Assembly (NCBI GenBank): GCA_965112735.1
Contig: OZ218960.1
Span: 744,001-808,000 of the forward strand
Direction of reading: 5' to 3'
DNA length: 64,000 nucleotides
Source: Phaeosaccion multiseriatum
Lineage: Eukaryota > Protista > Ochrophyta, other classes
In this document: positions 24,395 through 35,977 of the stretch, in pieces
Numbering within the stretch: position 1 is the stretch's first letter
Layout: every line of letters starts with the position of its first letter
Notes under the pieces: model-generated
What the model saw: the letters and a program-made list of their open reading frames with translations, nothing else
What the model was told of the DNA's origin: nothing
Database searches by the model: none
Made by a program: the position numbers and the translations under genes

Positions 24395-24885
24395 GTGGGC
24401 GTGGGGGTGGGGGTGGTGTGGTCGGCAAGAGTGCTCGCTTTTGTAAAGTGGAGGGGTGTGTGAAGCTCACTCAGTCGAAGATGAACGGCATGTGCAAGAG
24501 GCACGCCAGGGTCAGAAGGGAGGAGCAGCAGCTCAGAGAGCAGCAGCTCAGAGAGCAGCAGCTCAGAGAGGAGCAATTGGCGATACAGCAGCAACAATTG
24601 GCGATACAGCAGCAACAGTGGCAGCAGCAGCATGGCACAGAGGAGCAACACCGGCAGAAGCAGCAGTATCACAGAGAGAAGGAGGAGCAGCCGTACAGAG
24701 AGGACCAGCAGAGTATCACACAGAGGGGAGCAGCAGCAGCAGCAGCAGCAGCAGTATCACAGAGACGAGGAGGGGCAGCCGTACGAGAGCAGCAGCACCA
24801 GCGCCATAGAGAGGAGGAGGAACAGCAGCACGACACAGAGGAGGAGGAGCCCCAGCAGCACCAGCAGCACCAGGGGGATGGGTGA
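22546..24885 (+). CDS. WRKY19-like (Cx4Cx8-10CxxHG) zinc-finger repeat protein with polyQ, probable transcription factor
   Basis: A 779-aa ORF with seven C...GC...Q..G.C..H(G) units, e.g. CRVDGCEKLVQSRGVCLRHG and CSVEGCPRLVQARSVCTRHG. The start codon is uncertain. Confidence 0.8.
23448..23742 (+). repeat. (CAA)n coding microsatellite (polyQ)
   Basis: About 290 bp of CAA with occasional CTA, CAG and CAC interruptions. Confidence 0.9.
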
Positions 24886-25727
24886 TGGGCGAGGGTGGGT
24901 GGGGGAGTCAGCAGCACCAGCACCGGCAGTGGCAGTTGGTGATACATCAGCAGTTGGGGATACAGCAGCAGTTGGTGATACAGCAACTGTGCGGAAAGCT
25001 CAGTGGTGGGGGTCTGCTGCGGGGAGATAACAGTCGTCGAGCCACGCGATGGGCGGAAGGGTATAGTCATGCATTTGAACGTTCCCTCCTTTCACTCTTT
25101 CATACTAACGATTCCGACACACGGAGCGCCACACGCCGCTAGCATATATTGACATATAGGAATCAACCTAAGAATGAAGTACGTGTGTGTGCGTGCGTGT
25201 GTCGAGGGCCCGCAAGGGATCCTTTCTATAGTTGGAACGTGGCGAAGCAGCAAGACAGAGAAGGAGGTACGTACGCTCTGTCTTAGCGTGACGCTCTAGC
25301 AAGATGGAGCAAGAGAGCGCGCCTCTGCTTGTGCGTCTCCCTGCACTGAGAACCCTGCTGAGAACGATCGTTGGAAGGCATCAGTGCTCCGTGTCGCAGT
25401 ATTATCCCTTTAGCCATAAAGTCCTTGTTGCTCTGAAGCGCCATCTGTGATGTGGTAGCGAACGGCTGAGCAAGGCATCCGTCCATAGCTAGTCCGTCTT
25501 CCCCTGCCTCCCCTCCTGACTGTTCTCCTCCAAGCTTGCGGTTCCAAGTGCGCTGTAACTGATCTGTCACTGTAACTGTAGAGCCCATCCACTGCCATCC
25601 GCACAGCCCCCCTCCCAGCTCCCGGAGTATGTATGGCTCTTAAAAAATGCTACAGCTTACTGCAGCACCTATTCAATGCCATCCACTGCCATCTGTATCC
25701 GCTGCTTTACTGCTCCCGTGCAGGAAC

Positions 25728-25875
25728 GAGAGTGAGTGGCAGAGAGGAGAGCTTCTTCGTCTCCTTGAGAGTGAGTTACAGAGAGGAGAGCTTCTTCGTC
25801 TCCTTGAGAGTGAGTTACAGAGAGGAGAGCTTCTTCGTCTCCTTGAGAGTGAGTTACAGAGAGGAGAGCTTCTTC
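25728..25875. repeat. 39-bp tandem repeat, ~3.8 copies
   Basis: AGAGAGGAGAGCTTCTTCGTCTCCTTGAGAGTGAGTTAC at 25741, 25780 and 25819, plus partial copies. Confidence 0.9.
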
Positions 25876-26041
25876 TTCTCCCCAAAGGACCGAGCGGGGT
25901 CTCTCTGCCTAACTTCTTCGCTCCCAGACCCCGCCGCTGCCTCATGGTCTCACAGCCTCACAGCCTCACTGCCTCGCTGCCTCACTGCCTCTTTTCCTTC
26001 TCGCTGCTTCACGACTGTACGCCCAGCGCAAGGGCGGCGCT

Positions 26042-26353
26042 CTACCCAAGTAGGCTACCCAAGTAGGCTACCCAAGTAGGCTACCCAAGTAGGCTACCCA
26101 AGTAGGCTACCCAAGTAGGCTACCCAAGTAGGCTACCCAAGTAGGCTACCCAAGTAGGCTACCCAAGTAGGCTACCCAAGTAGGCTACCCAAGTAGGCTA
26201 CCCAAGTAGGCTACCCAAGTAGGCTATCCAAGTAGGCTATCCAAGTAGGCTACCCAAGTAGGCTACCCAAGTAGGCTACCCAAGTAGGCTACCCAAGTAG
26301 GCTATCCAAGTAGGCTATCCAAGTAGGCTACCCAAGTAGGCTACCCAAGTAGG
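26042..26353. repeat. 13-bp tandem array CTACCCAAGTAGG x24
   Basis: 312 bp with period 13. Four units carry the CTATCC variant. Confidence 0.95.
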
Positions 26354-27045
26354 CTCCTGGTGTGAGCCGGCTCCACGGGGGGGGGAGAGGTGAGAGGGCA
26401 AACTCTCTCCCACACGTCGAAAAGTCGCATGGGCTCGGGCCCTCTCGTGTATGTCCCACGGGGAAGGTGCCCCACGGCATCTCGTGGGAGCTTTGCTGCT
26501 CGCTGCTCGCTGCCTCACACGGTACTTGCGGACTAGGAAGGAGGGGGCGCAGACCGATGATGGGGGCTCAGACCGTTCCGCGCCCTTTCCTTGATCCTGT
26601 GCCGTACGTTCCTCATCTTCCTCAGTGCATTCCCGTAACAGCCCATCCTTTCTCAGTCCCCACGGTCAGTCCCCCGATCAATCCATCCCCCGCCCCCCAG
26701 GGAGAGGTCGTGCCCGCCCTTCCATGGCCCCTGCTGCTCTTTTCAGCCCCCCCCCCCACACCGCACACAGCAGAATACCGAGGGAGGAGGGGAGGGGAGA
26801 GGGGGGAGTGGGTAGGGGGATGCTGCTTCGTCCCTGTATCGCGCTAGTCAAAGGAATGAATGGCACATAGGAGGCACTGCACCAGTTGGTGCTACAGCCA
26901 CAGGCGGTGACCACTGAGCCATGTAGGCCACATGAGCCCGCACACCTCTCCCCCCTCCGTTCGCTGTACCGCTGCAGCTGTGGTTGCCGCTGTGTGCAGA
27001 TCCTCTTCTCAACTGCCCCCCCCCCCCATCCCTCGCGCGCTCTCC

Positions 27046-29592
27046 TCATCCAGCTTCCCCTCCTCTTCCTCCCGCTTCCCCTCCTCTTCCTCCCGCTTCC
27101 CCTCCTCTTCCTCCCGCTTCCCCTCCTCTTCCTCCCCCTTCCTCTCCTCGGAAGACGTCTTCCCACTTGAGACTGAGGTAGTCTCCAAAGCTCATGCTGT
27201 TGATGTCCCTCCCTTGCGAGTTTACAAGCAGCGTGTTGTGCATGAGCTGCTCTCCCCCCATCTCCTCCTCCTCCTCCTCCCCGTCGACCGCCTCTTCCTC
27301 CCACGCCAAATACGCTTCAACCCCCGCCTCATCAGACTGTGGCTCTTCCCCCTGCCCCACGCCCTGCTCCTCTCGCCCCTGTCCCATGCAAGTCTCCTTC
27401 CCCTGCTGCTCCACTCGAAGCACTCTAGCCTCGTAGTTGGGGTAGTAGAAGAAGACGAAGCTGAGGCGCTCCGTGCCACCCCCCGGGGAGAGTACACGGT
27501 GCACGGGAGACTTGATACGACCCCCACTGGCGACGACGTGTAAAGGGAGGGAGGGGGAGAGAGGGTGGGAGAGTGAGGGAGGGAGGGGAGGGAGGGAGTG
27601 AGGGAGGGAGGATGGGAGGGAAGTACGCCGTACCTGACGAGAGAGAGGAAGTCTCCCGCGTTGACCACCAAGGCTCCCTCTATTGGGGGCACGTCCACCC
27701 ACTGCCGAGAGGAGGGCAGTTGGACCTTTGGAGGGGGGAAGGAGGGGAGGGGGAAGAGAGGACGAAGGGGGCATGGGAAGGAGTATCGTGATTCATGCTC
27801 AGCTGTAGGAGGGAGGCGCATGCACACGACAAGCACACACACAAGCAGATAGAGAGAGAGACAAGAGAAAGAGAGAAGAGAGAGAGAGAGAGAGAAAGAG
27901 AGAGGCTGCTTGCAGCACCTTGAGTTTCTGTGGGGGGGCAGGGATTGGACAGGGCCGGGAAGGGAAGCTGTGGAGGAGGAGGAGGAGGAGGAGGAGGAGG
28001 AGGGGGTGGGCGGGAGGGAGGTTGGGCTTTCCATCTTTCTGCGCCTACTTGGGGGTCCTCACACCCAATCACATCACCCACCTGCAGGCCTCCGGTGTCG
28101 TCTTGGAGAATCACGGTGAGAAAGCCCCTGCAAGGCGGCGAAAGGGAAAGAGGATGGAAAGGATCACAAAGTGGAGGTGTTGGTGATTCAGGTCGTGTGG
28201 GGTACTGCCTGCCCATATGCCTTGTTCATTGGGTCATTCGGCGGGCGCACCTGCCTCCTTATGCCTTTCTCTGCTTGAATCGATGCCTCCGCCCCTGCCT
28301 GTCTTTGCCTGCCTCTACCTGCCCAAACGGCTTTTTGACTCACCAGTCTGTGTGCGGAGAGGATCCGATTGTGCCGGTATCAGTCTCAGCTGCGGTGGGC
28401 TGCTCCCTCGCCCCATCTTCCGCCTTCTGCCCCCCGCCCAGGTTCACCTCCTTCTCCTCCTTCTGCTGCTGCTGCCGTGAAGCCTCCGTGTCTACAGCGT
28501 CGTTTTCAGGCCTTTGCCTGAAGTAGTGAAAGACTCGGAGCAGGGAGATGGTGTCGCCTCCCTCGCACAGAGACGGGAGGTACGTCTCATTGCTCCACAC
28601 GCCGCCCATGGACAGGCCGCGAGTCAAAGCTTCACTTACTCCCACGAGCGTATCAAATGTCTGAATGAGGACGATGGTAAAGCGGTTAGAAGGCGAGGCT
28701 CGGGCAGCTGCTCTACTGCCTTCGCCTCTGTGAATTGGACGGAGGTGTATTGGAGGACAAGAGATACAGTTCTTCTGCTCATCTACACTTGACGAACAAG
28801 CACACACATGCACACACACACGCACACACACATACAAAGCACACGCACACACACGCACACACACCTCGAGCATGTTTGCTCTCCAGGACATGGGAAGAAG
28901 CTCAGGAGAGGGCCACACGTTAGGGCCCTGCAGTTTGTTGAGGGGGGCGACGGCCTCGTCCCACGGGTAGCCGTAGGAAAAGGCCTCTTTCGTCTCGAGT
29001 GCATCGGATCCGCTGCAGGCACGGAGCAGGACATGCATTGCCATTTACGGTACCGCAAAGGGCAGCCCGTCGCAGGGAGAGGCAGAGTCAGAGAGAGATG
29101 GAGAGGGAGAGTCATGGAGAGATAGAGAGAAAGAGGGGAGGGACAGGAGAGAGTGACGGGTTGGGGAGGAGGAGAAGGGAGGGCACCAGTCAGATGCTTT
29201 CCGCTGGGCTTGACTTGCCTCTCCTCTCCATACGGTATGTAGCCCCGGGTCAGGCCACTGCCCCCGTCAAAGCGAAGGCGCTGCTTCTCCTCCTCTGGGA
29301 TATCGAAGAAGTCCCTCGCGTGTCGCAAGGCATTGTTCAACTCAGAGGTCGACTTGCCGTGGCCGACAACATAGAAGACGCCAAGCTCCTCGGCGGCAGA
29401 GGTCAAAGCACCCACGCAAGTAGTGCGGGCGGCACCACTGTCTACTTCCTGAGTGTTGCTCATGAGTGGAGAGATGTCGATGATGGGGATTGTTATTGCA
29501 CTTGCGAGCCCCGAAAGCACGAAAAGAGCACCCAGAGCAAGGTCTTGAAGATCATGTTTGAGAGCGCGTTTGCTCCGAGCGCAGCCACTCAT
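27046..29592 (-). CDS. 2-oxoglutarate/Fe(II)-dependent dioxygenase (IPNS/DIOX_N-like); exons 29592-29219, 29012-28865, 28660-28344, 28127-28082, 27725-27634, 27526-27046
   Basis: Motifs: IPIIDISPL, GVFYVVGHG, RGYIPYGEESG, GPNVWP, the HxD motif HTDWGFLTVILQD, VVNAGD, SPVHRV and the RxS motif ERLSFVFF. The introns are phase-consistent and the first is GC-AG. Confidence 0.9.
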
Positions 29593-29786
29593 CTATGAGG
29601 ACAAGAGCTTAGTCGATGATTGGAGAAGGGATATCGAGAAGGGGATATCAGAAGGGCGGGCCTACCTTCCGGGCGGGGGGGTGCGCGTGTTGGTGGTGTA
29701 TTATCACAGATGGCTTTGGTGTCTTAAGTCAATAAATAAGGCCCCGGCCGCAAGGGCGCAAGAAGAAAATCCACCGGCACAACAAA
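29593..29786. promoter_or_regulatory. Putative bidirectional promoter (dioxygenase / hydrolase)
   Basis: 194 bp between divergent ATGs. Inferred from position. Confidence 0.5.
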
Positions 29787-32700
29787 ATGGCGGGTTTAGC
29801 AGAGGAGGACGATCTTCTCTTTGGTGTTGTGGTGGAGAACTCGCCCCCGAGCACCAACTACTGGGTTAATGAGCGCGGCACGAAGCTGCATTTCCGGTGC
29901 TTCGTCCCGGATAATGTGAGTTGGGAGTGTCCCCCCTTTCTCACGGAAAAAGTTGTGCGTGTTCGTCCACCCCCCACCCCACCCTCCTGCTGGTCTTTTA
30001 TCCCCGAGAGAGACAGAGGGACGTTTGCAGACCAAGTCTCGGACCGCCTCACCTCCGCCCTACCGGCCCCACCTGCCTCCGTACCCTGCACCCTCTTTGC
30101 CCATCAGCCACGAGCGATCTTCTTCTTCTTTCACGGTGTGGGCGGGCACTCAAGCAGCGCCAACAAGGTGCGTGCCCTACCCCAAGTAGAAGTGGCCACC
30201 GCACCGTCCACCGTCGGCCACAAATCCCCATGTCTCGCAGCCTCCCTCCTCCTCTACAGCTCACCGCGGTGGTCGGGCTTATTTCTTTATTGAATATGGA
30301 TTGAAATGAATTGATCTATGTATTCTACAGATCGCCATGGGAAAGCACCTGGCAGACAAGGGCCTCGCAGCCTTCTTCCTCGAGGACGAGGGCCACGGCT
30401 ACAGCGATGGAGAGCGGTGCCACATTGGCAGCGCCGACTACCTCGTCGACGACTGCCTTAAGGTATGTGGGGTGTGTGGGATGGGGCGGCTCCCCGACGA
30501 CACCGAACACGCCTCTTCCCTCGTGTTCTCTGTCCCATGTCCTATCCATTACGCTCCCTGAAAGGCATGCAGGAATGCAGTGGTGAAGAGAACGGAGAGT
30601 GAAATCCCGTGTTCTCCATTCACCCTACCCCATAGTGCTACTTGCCGCGCTCTCCCCCCGTCCCTTCCCGTCCTATCCAACGAGCTAACCAACCAACCCA
30701 ACCTATCCCAACCCATCCCAACCCAACCAACCAACCAACCAACTGCCTTCCACTCCAGTTCATCGCCCTGGTGTGCGGTGGTTGTGGCACCACCGATAAT
30801 GCCATCAAGTGCAACTTTGAAGAGGGGATGTCCAAGAAGGGCGCAGAGGCTGTTAAACACCTGGTGAGAAATAGTCAGTCAGATACGGCATACATCACAC
30901 AGTTGCAAATTTCAGTTTTCAGCTGTAGTTTCAGTTTCGGTTTTTAGTTTCACTGGCCCAGCAGCCAGTGCTTGCCATCTCTCGGCACAGAAGGTATGGA
31001 CCCATCCACCCTTCTATGGATCCATCAGCCAGCTGGGGCAAGGTGGCGGACAGTCTTTCGTATACTTCTAACTATTCGCCCCTCACGCATTCCCTTTACC
31101 TTCCTGCCTTCCTCCTTCCTTCCTTCCTTCCTTCCTTCCTTCCTTCCTTCCTTCCTTCCTTCCTACCTACCCACCTACCTCCCTACCTACCCACCTACCT
31201 ACATACGTACCAACCTACCTACCTACCTACCTACCTACCTATCTACCTACGTACGTACGTACGTACGTACGTACCTCCCCACCTACCCACCTACCTACCT
31301 ACCTACCTACCTATCTATCCACCCCCCCACAGCCCTTCTTCTTGAGTGGCGAGTCGATGGGAGGCGGGCTGAGCATCCGCTGTGGTCTCTCCCTGCAAGA
31401 GGAGGGGCACATGCTCAAGCCACGCTTCAAGGGAGCTGTTCTTATTGCCCCTGCCATTGTTGGGAACATCCCCCCTGCCGTCGTCATCACCCTTCTCAAG
31501 TAAGTGCGTGCGTGCGTGCAATGACGCGTGATGAGAGAAATGTCGTCTATCTTAAATATCGACTGAAACTGGTTTGAAGCTGAGTATTTCATTTTCTTTT
31601 TCACTTACCCTTTCTCAACGGTGTACTCGTATCTCCTCATCTCACTACCACCACCACCACCCGCACCTTCCTTCAGATATGGAGTCGTGCCCTTCGCAAG
31701 CAAGCGAATGGTACCCTCTTTCCTCGAGTCTGTCAACAAACCGGAGGCGGTGGTACGTACGCTGTCTTATTTGATCTACATCTCCCTCTCACTGAGGCCC
31801 TTTCCTCCCGTGCCTCTCCCCTGCCCCTTCTCTTTTCCCCTTCACCCTCTCTCACCCCCCTTCCTTCCCTCCCTCCCTCCCTCCCTCCCTCCCTCCCTCC
31901 CTCCCTCCCTCCCTCCCTTCCTCCCTCCCTCCCTCCTGCCTTCCTCTCTCTCTACCTCCCCTCCTCTCCCCACCCACCCACTCAGTGGAGGACCGCTCAA
32001 GACCGAGCTCGAGTGGCTGCCGACCGCTGGGGCAAGCCCGGAGGCATCGGCTGGGGCCATAACATGAAGTTCGGAATGGGTTTAGCCCTTGTAAACCTCC
32101 TTGGTGAGCTCCAGAGCCGGCTGGGGGAGGTCAGTTTTCCCTTCATGCTCATGCAGGACCCGGAGGATGAGGTGAGTCTCCTTGGGCCTCGTTGGGCCCC
32201 CTCTTGCTACTACTACTCCCACTCCTCCTCCTTCTCCTCCTCCTCCTCCTCCTCTCTCCCCACCCAACTTCCACTCCTGCCTGCTGGCCTCTTACAGCCT
32301 GGCACACTGCCTGCTTCTACGGCCTGCTTCTGTCCTGCTCCTGCTGCTGCCTGCCGACATGAGGGGAGAGGAACTAAGACAGAAAGCGATGTGGGGGGAG
32401 GAACTAAGACAGAAAGCGATGTGTCTGTGTGTTCTGCTCTCCTCTCCTCCCTTCCCCTCCTCTTCACTCTTCTTTCCTCTCCCCTTCCCCTCCCCTCCGC
32501 TCTCCACAGGTTGTGCTCTTCAAAGGCGCAGAGATGCTTATAGAGAAGGCAGCGACACCCACCGAAGACAGGCACAGGTGCGTAGGCCCCTTCCCTCCGT
32601 CTCTCCCTCTCTCCATCACTCTGTCGGTCCGTCCCTTCGCACCCTCTCTCTCTCCCTCCCTGCATCCCTCCCTGCCCCCGATTCACAAGAGAAGTCTACC

Positions 32701-32859
32701 GTCATTTACAATGTGTAATCTGCCACCTACTGCCATCTGCTGACACCAATCAGGGAGGTGCACCGCATGGAGGGCGGACTGCATGACTTGGTGAGCAACG
32801 AGAACGAGGCGGTGCTCTCAAAAACCGTGGACTGGGTGGAGCACCACCTCAACCGTTAG
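29787..32859 (+). CDS. Alpha/beta hydrolase, monoglyceride lipase / lysophospholipase-like (Hydrolase_4), ~9 exons
   Basis: Motifs: FFFHGVGGHS, EGHGYSDGER, nucleophile elbow PFFLSGESMGG, AVLIAPA, PFMLMQDPEDEVV and GGLHDL. Stop TAG at 32857-32859. Confidence 0.88.
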
Positions 32860-32958
32860 AGGGCACCTCGGAGGAGGAGTTTATCATCGTCCTCCCCACG
32901 GGGAAGGGAGAAGGGGAGGAGGGGAGGAGGGGAGGAGCAGTCCACGTCGAGGAGAGAC

Positions 32959-33003
<45 letters not shown>

Positions 33004-34043
33004 CAGCGGTTGAGGGGGAGGGGCGAGTCGTGTCAGTCCGAGGACCGAGAGGAGGTGAGGTGGTGAGAACAGGAGGTGAGGGTGGCGGCGGCCAAGCAAG
33101 GTGTGGGGTGAACAAGAGGACGGGCACACACACACACACACACACCTGTGTAAGTAGTGTTTTTTTATTTTTGTACCTGCGGCGGCTTTTGTATGGCACA
33201 GTGGCTCCCTCCCCCCCCCCCCTAACTCTCCCTCCTCTTGGTGAGAGGGAGCGAAGCGAGGGCGTGATTGTCCCGTCTTGTTTTATGTGTTCAGAGTATA
33301 GTTAGTCGGCGTTTCGGGGAGAGGCAGGGGCAAGAAGGAGGCAAGCGGGCAAGTCTAGCGGCGATCAACCAACTCTCTTTCCCTTGCGGTCAGTTTGATT
33401 ACGAGCGCTACCGATGTGACGATGTCATCCTCAGTCTCTTGTAAGTACTGTGGTCGCCCACTTGCTGCAGAGAGGGGGAATGACAACGATGGAGGGTAGG
33501 CATAGGCATTCCATCCAGTGGTGAGGAGGGACACTGGGGATTGGCCTTGGAGGGTTGGGGGGCCCAATCTCCACCCCCCCCATAACACTTTCACTCAATA
33601 ATTATTAACAGTAAAATTTAGTTTTAAATTGAGTGTTAAATAAAGATAGAGATTAGAAGGAGGAAGTAGGCCGGCTGGCGCCGGCCAGAAGCAGGAAGCA
33701 GGCCGGTTGGCGCCGACCAGAACCAGGAACCAGGGTCGCCTCAGAAGTATTACATGATGTATTTTCAGGGGCATTATGCTTTCACCTTTCGCCCCCTCTC
33801 ACCCACACGCACACACACGCCCCACACTACTGAAACTTTTTTTGAATTTGAACTGGAGAAGCCATTGGGGGGATAATGGGAAAGGGCTGCTCCCTCCCCC
33901 CTCACTCTCACAGCGCACTCTCAAGAGGCCTCTTTCTCATTGCAGGCCACCTCTACGTCCAATTGCGCAAGCCTCTGTAGATCTGGGAAGGTTGTGGGAG
34001 AATAGCAAAGTCAGAGAGGGGAGAAGGGGGTGTGGGAACAACA

Positions 34044-34675
34044 ATGATGATTGTCGAGGGTCTGGTATGCGGCAGCGCCGCGCTGACTCTGATAGGATGG
34101 AACATAGCTGCGAACAAGACCAAAGCGGACGACGCTGCTGCTGTAGCAAAGGAGGAGGAGGGGGGGGAGGAGGAGGAATGGAAGCAGGCAAGGCCAAAAA
34201 TAATACACGAAGACCACGATAGCTCGTGGTTGCCGGCACATTGGCGAGCCAAGTCCCTGCAATTGGCGCGCGCATCTCAGCACCGCAGCCACGCCGCCTC
34301 CCGCGCCGTCCACCAGTCCAAGCAGCAGCCGCCGCTTCAGCCCATCCCCGAGGGTGACGAGGAGGGGGAAGTGGATGTTGATCAGGAGCGTCAAGAGGAG
34401 GATGAAGATCTGCGGAGAGAGGAAGAGCTACAGACAAAGAAGGCCCTCGCCATCGCCTTGGACCGCCTCGTCGACACCATCCGCGCTGAGGATGAGGAGG
34501 AGGAGGAGGAGGAGGAAGAGGAGAAGCAGCAGCAGCAGCAGCAGCAGCAGGACAAGAATGCCGCCAACGTCTCGACCACGCCTCCTTGCCCTACTCCACG
34601 TCAATGGGAGCACTTGCCCATTGTCGCGGGAGAGAGAGACGAGGATGACGATAGCGTCTTGTACGACAGCGATAT

Positions 34676-34716
<41 letters not shown>

Positions 34717-35213
34717 GACGCCGCGGCAGCAGCAGTGGGTTGTGGGGATGGGTGGGAGAGGAGGGAGGGACGGATGCGAGCTCCGCCTTCTCCCCCTGCT
34801 CCTCCATCTCCTCCTCGTCCTCATCCGGCTCTCCCAACCGCTCGGATTTCCTCGCAGACGGCGCGTTCTACGGTGCGGCGGCTGCCAACGGCCACCACCG
34901 ACGAAGAAGCCGCAGCCCCAACGCCTTGGACCAAGACGCCGCCTCGTCCGTCAGCAGCAGCAGCAGCAGCAGCAGGCTCAGCAAAAACGGCGGTGACGAC
35001 GACAGCACTGACTTCGCGACCGTGACTCTCGAGCAAGACGGGACGGAGGAGGATGAGGCACTGTGGGGGCAGTGCCAGTGGGAGCAGTGGTACGGGCAGC
35101 CGCTCCGAGTGCGCGTCGTCAGCGAGGGCGAGGAGGACGGGGCTGCGCCTTCCCCCGCCGCCGCCGTCAGGATCAACACCATTCCTTTCCCGCGGAGCGA
35201 CTACATGAGATGA
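34044..35213 (+). CDS. Hypothetical single-exon protein with N-terminal hydrophobic segment (389 aa)
   Basis: A long ORF with host-like GC3 codon usage and non-repetitive segments, beginning MMIVEGLVCGSAALTLIGWNIAA. No recognisable domain. Confidence 0.55.
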
Positions 35214-35542
35214 GAGTGAGAGGAGACGGCAGGGCTTGGCTTGCTCACGACTGACTGGCTGGCCGACCGGCAGAGGGCAGAGAAAGACATCACATGGGGG
35301 GGGGGGGGAGGGGGGGGGGCAGGGGGGCAGAAGATATGTAAGCACATGAGGGCCCGTGGAGGGCTTTCATCGTCTTTGCGCCCCTCACCCACCTCTGGGA
35401 GGGCACAGCTTCAGCTTCAGCTTCAGCTTCAGCTTCAGCGTCAGCTTCTCTTTGTCTAGAGGAGGCATATCGCGCCATCGCGCAAGCACGGCAGAGCTGC
35501 TCTGATACGAATTGGAGGGGGTGAGGGAGGGGATACGAGAGC

Positions 35543-35977
35543 AAGGATGGTGAACAACGGCGAAGCAGGTAACTGCGGAACGTCGGGGAACAGTTTTGAG
35601 TGACACACTCCAAGGGGGTGAGGAAGTATGGCCTTCGTACAAGACGCCACAGAAGGGGGGATTGAGGGAAGGATGGCGAACAACGGCGACGCAGGTAACT
35701 GCGGAACGTCGGGGAACAGTTTTGAGTGACACACTCCAAGGGGGTGAGGAAGTATGGCCTCCGTACAAGACGCCACAGAAAGGGGGGATTGAGGAAGGAT
35801 GGCGAACAGCGACACAGAAGGTAACTGCGGAACGTCGGGGAACAGTTTTGAGTGACACACTTCAAGGGGGTGAGGAAGTATGGCCTCCGTACAAGACGCC
35901 ACAGAAGGGGGAATTGAGGAAAGGATGGCGAACAACGGCGACGCAGGTAACTGTGGAACGTCGGGGAACAGTTTTGA
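35543..35977. repeat. 126-bp tandem repeat, ~3.5 copies
   Basis: AACTG(C/T)GGAACGTCGGGGAACAGTTTTGA recurs at 35571, 35697, 35823 and 35949. Confidence 0.92.

Noticed and set aside
25283-25604. Small minus-strand ORFs as a non-LTR retroelement remnant
   Set aside because: Only vague resemblance to an endonuclease tail, with no diagnostic motif.
26042-26353. CRISPR-like array (also considered for the 33-, 39- and 126-bp repeats)
   Set aside because: The units are directly adjacent with no unique spacers, there are no cas genes, and the context is eukaryotic and intron-rich.
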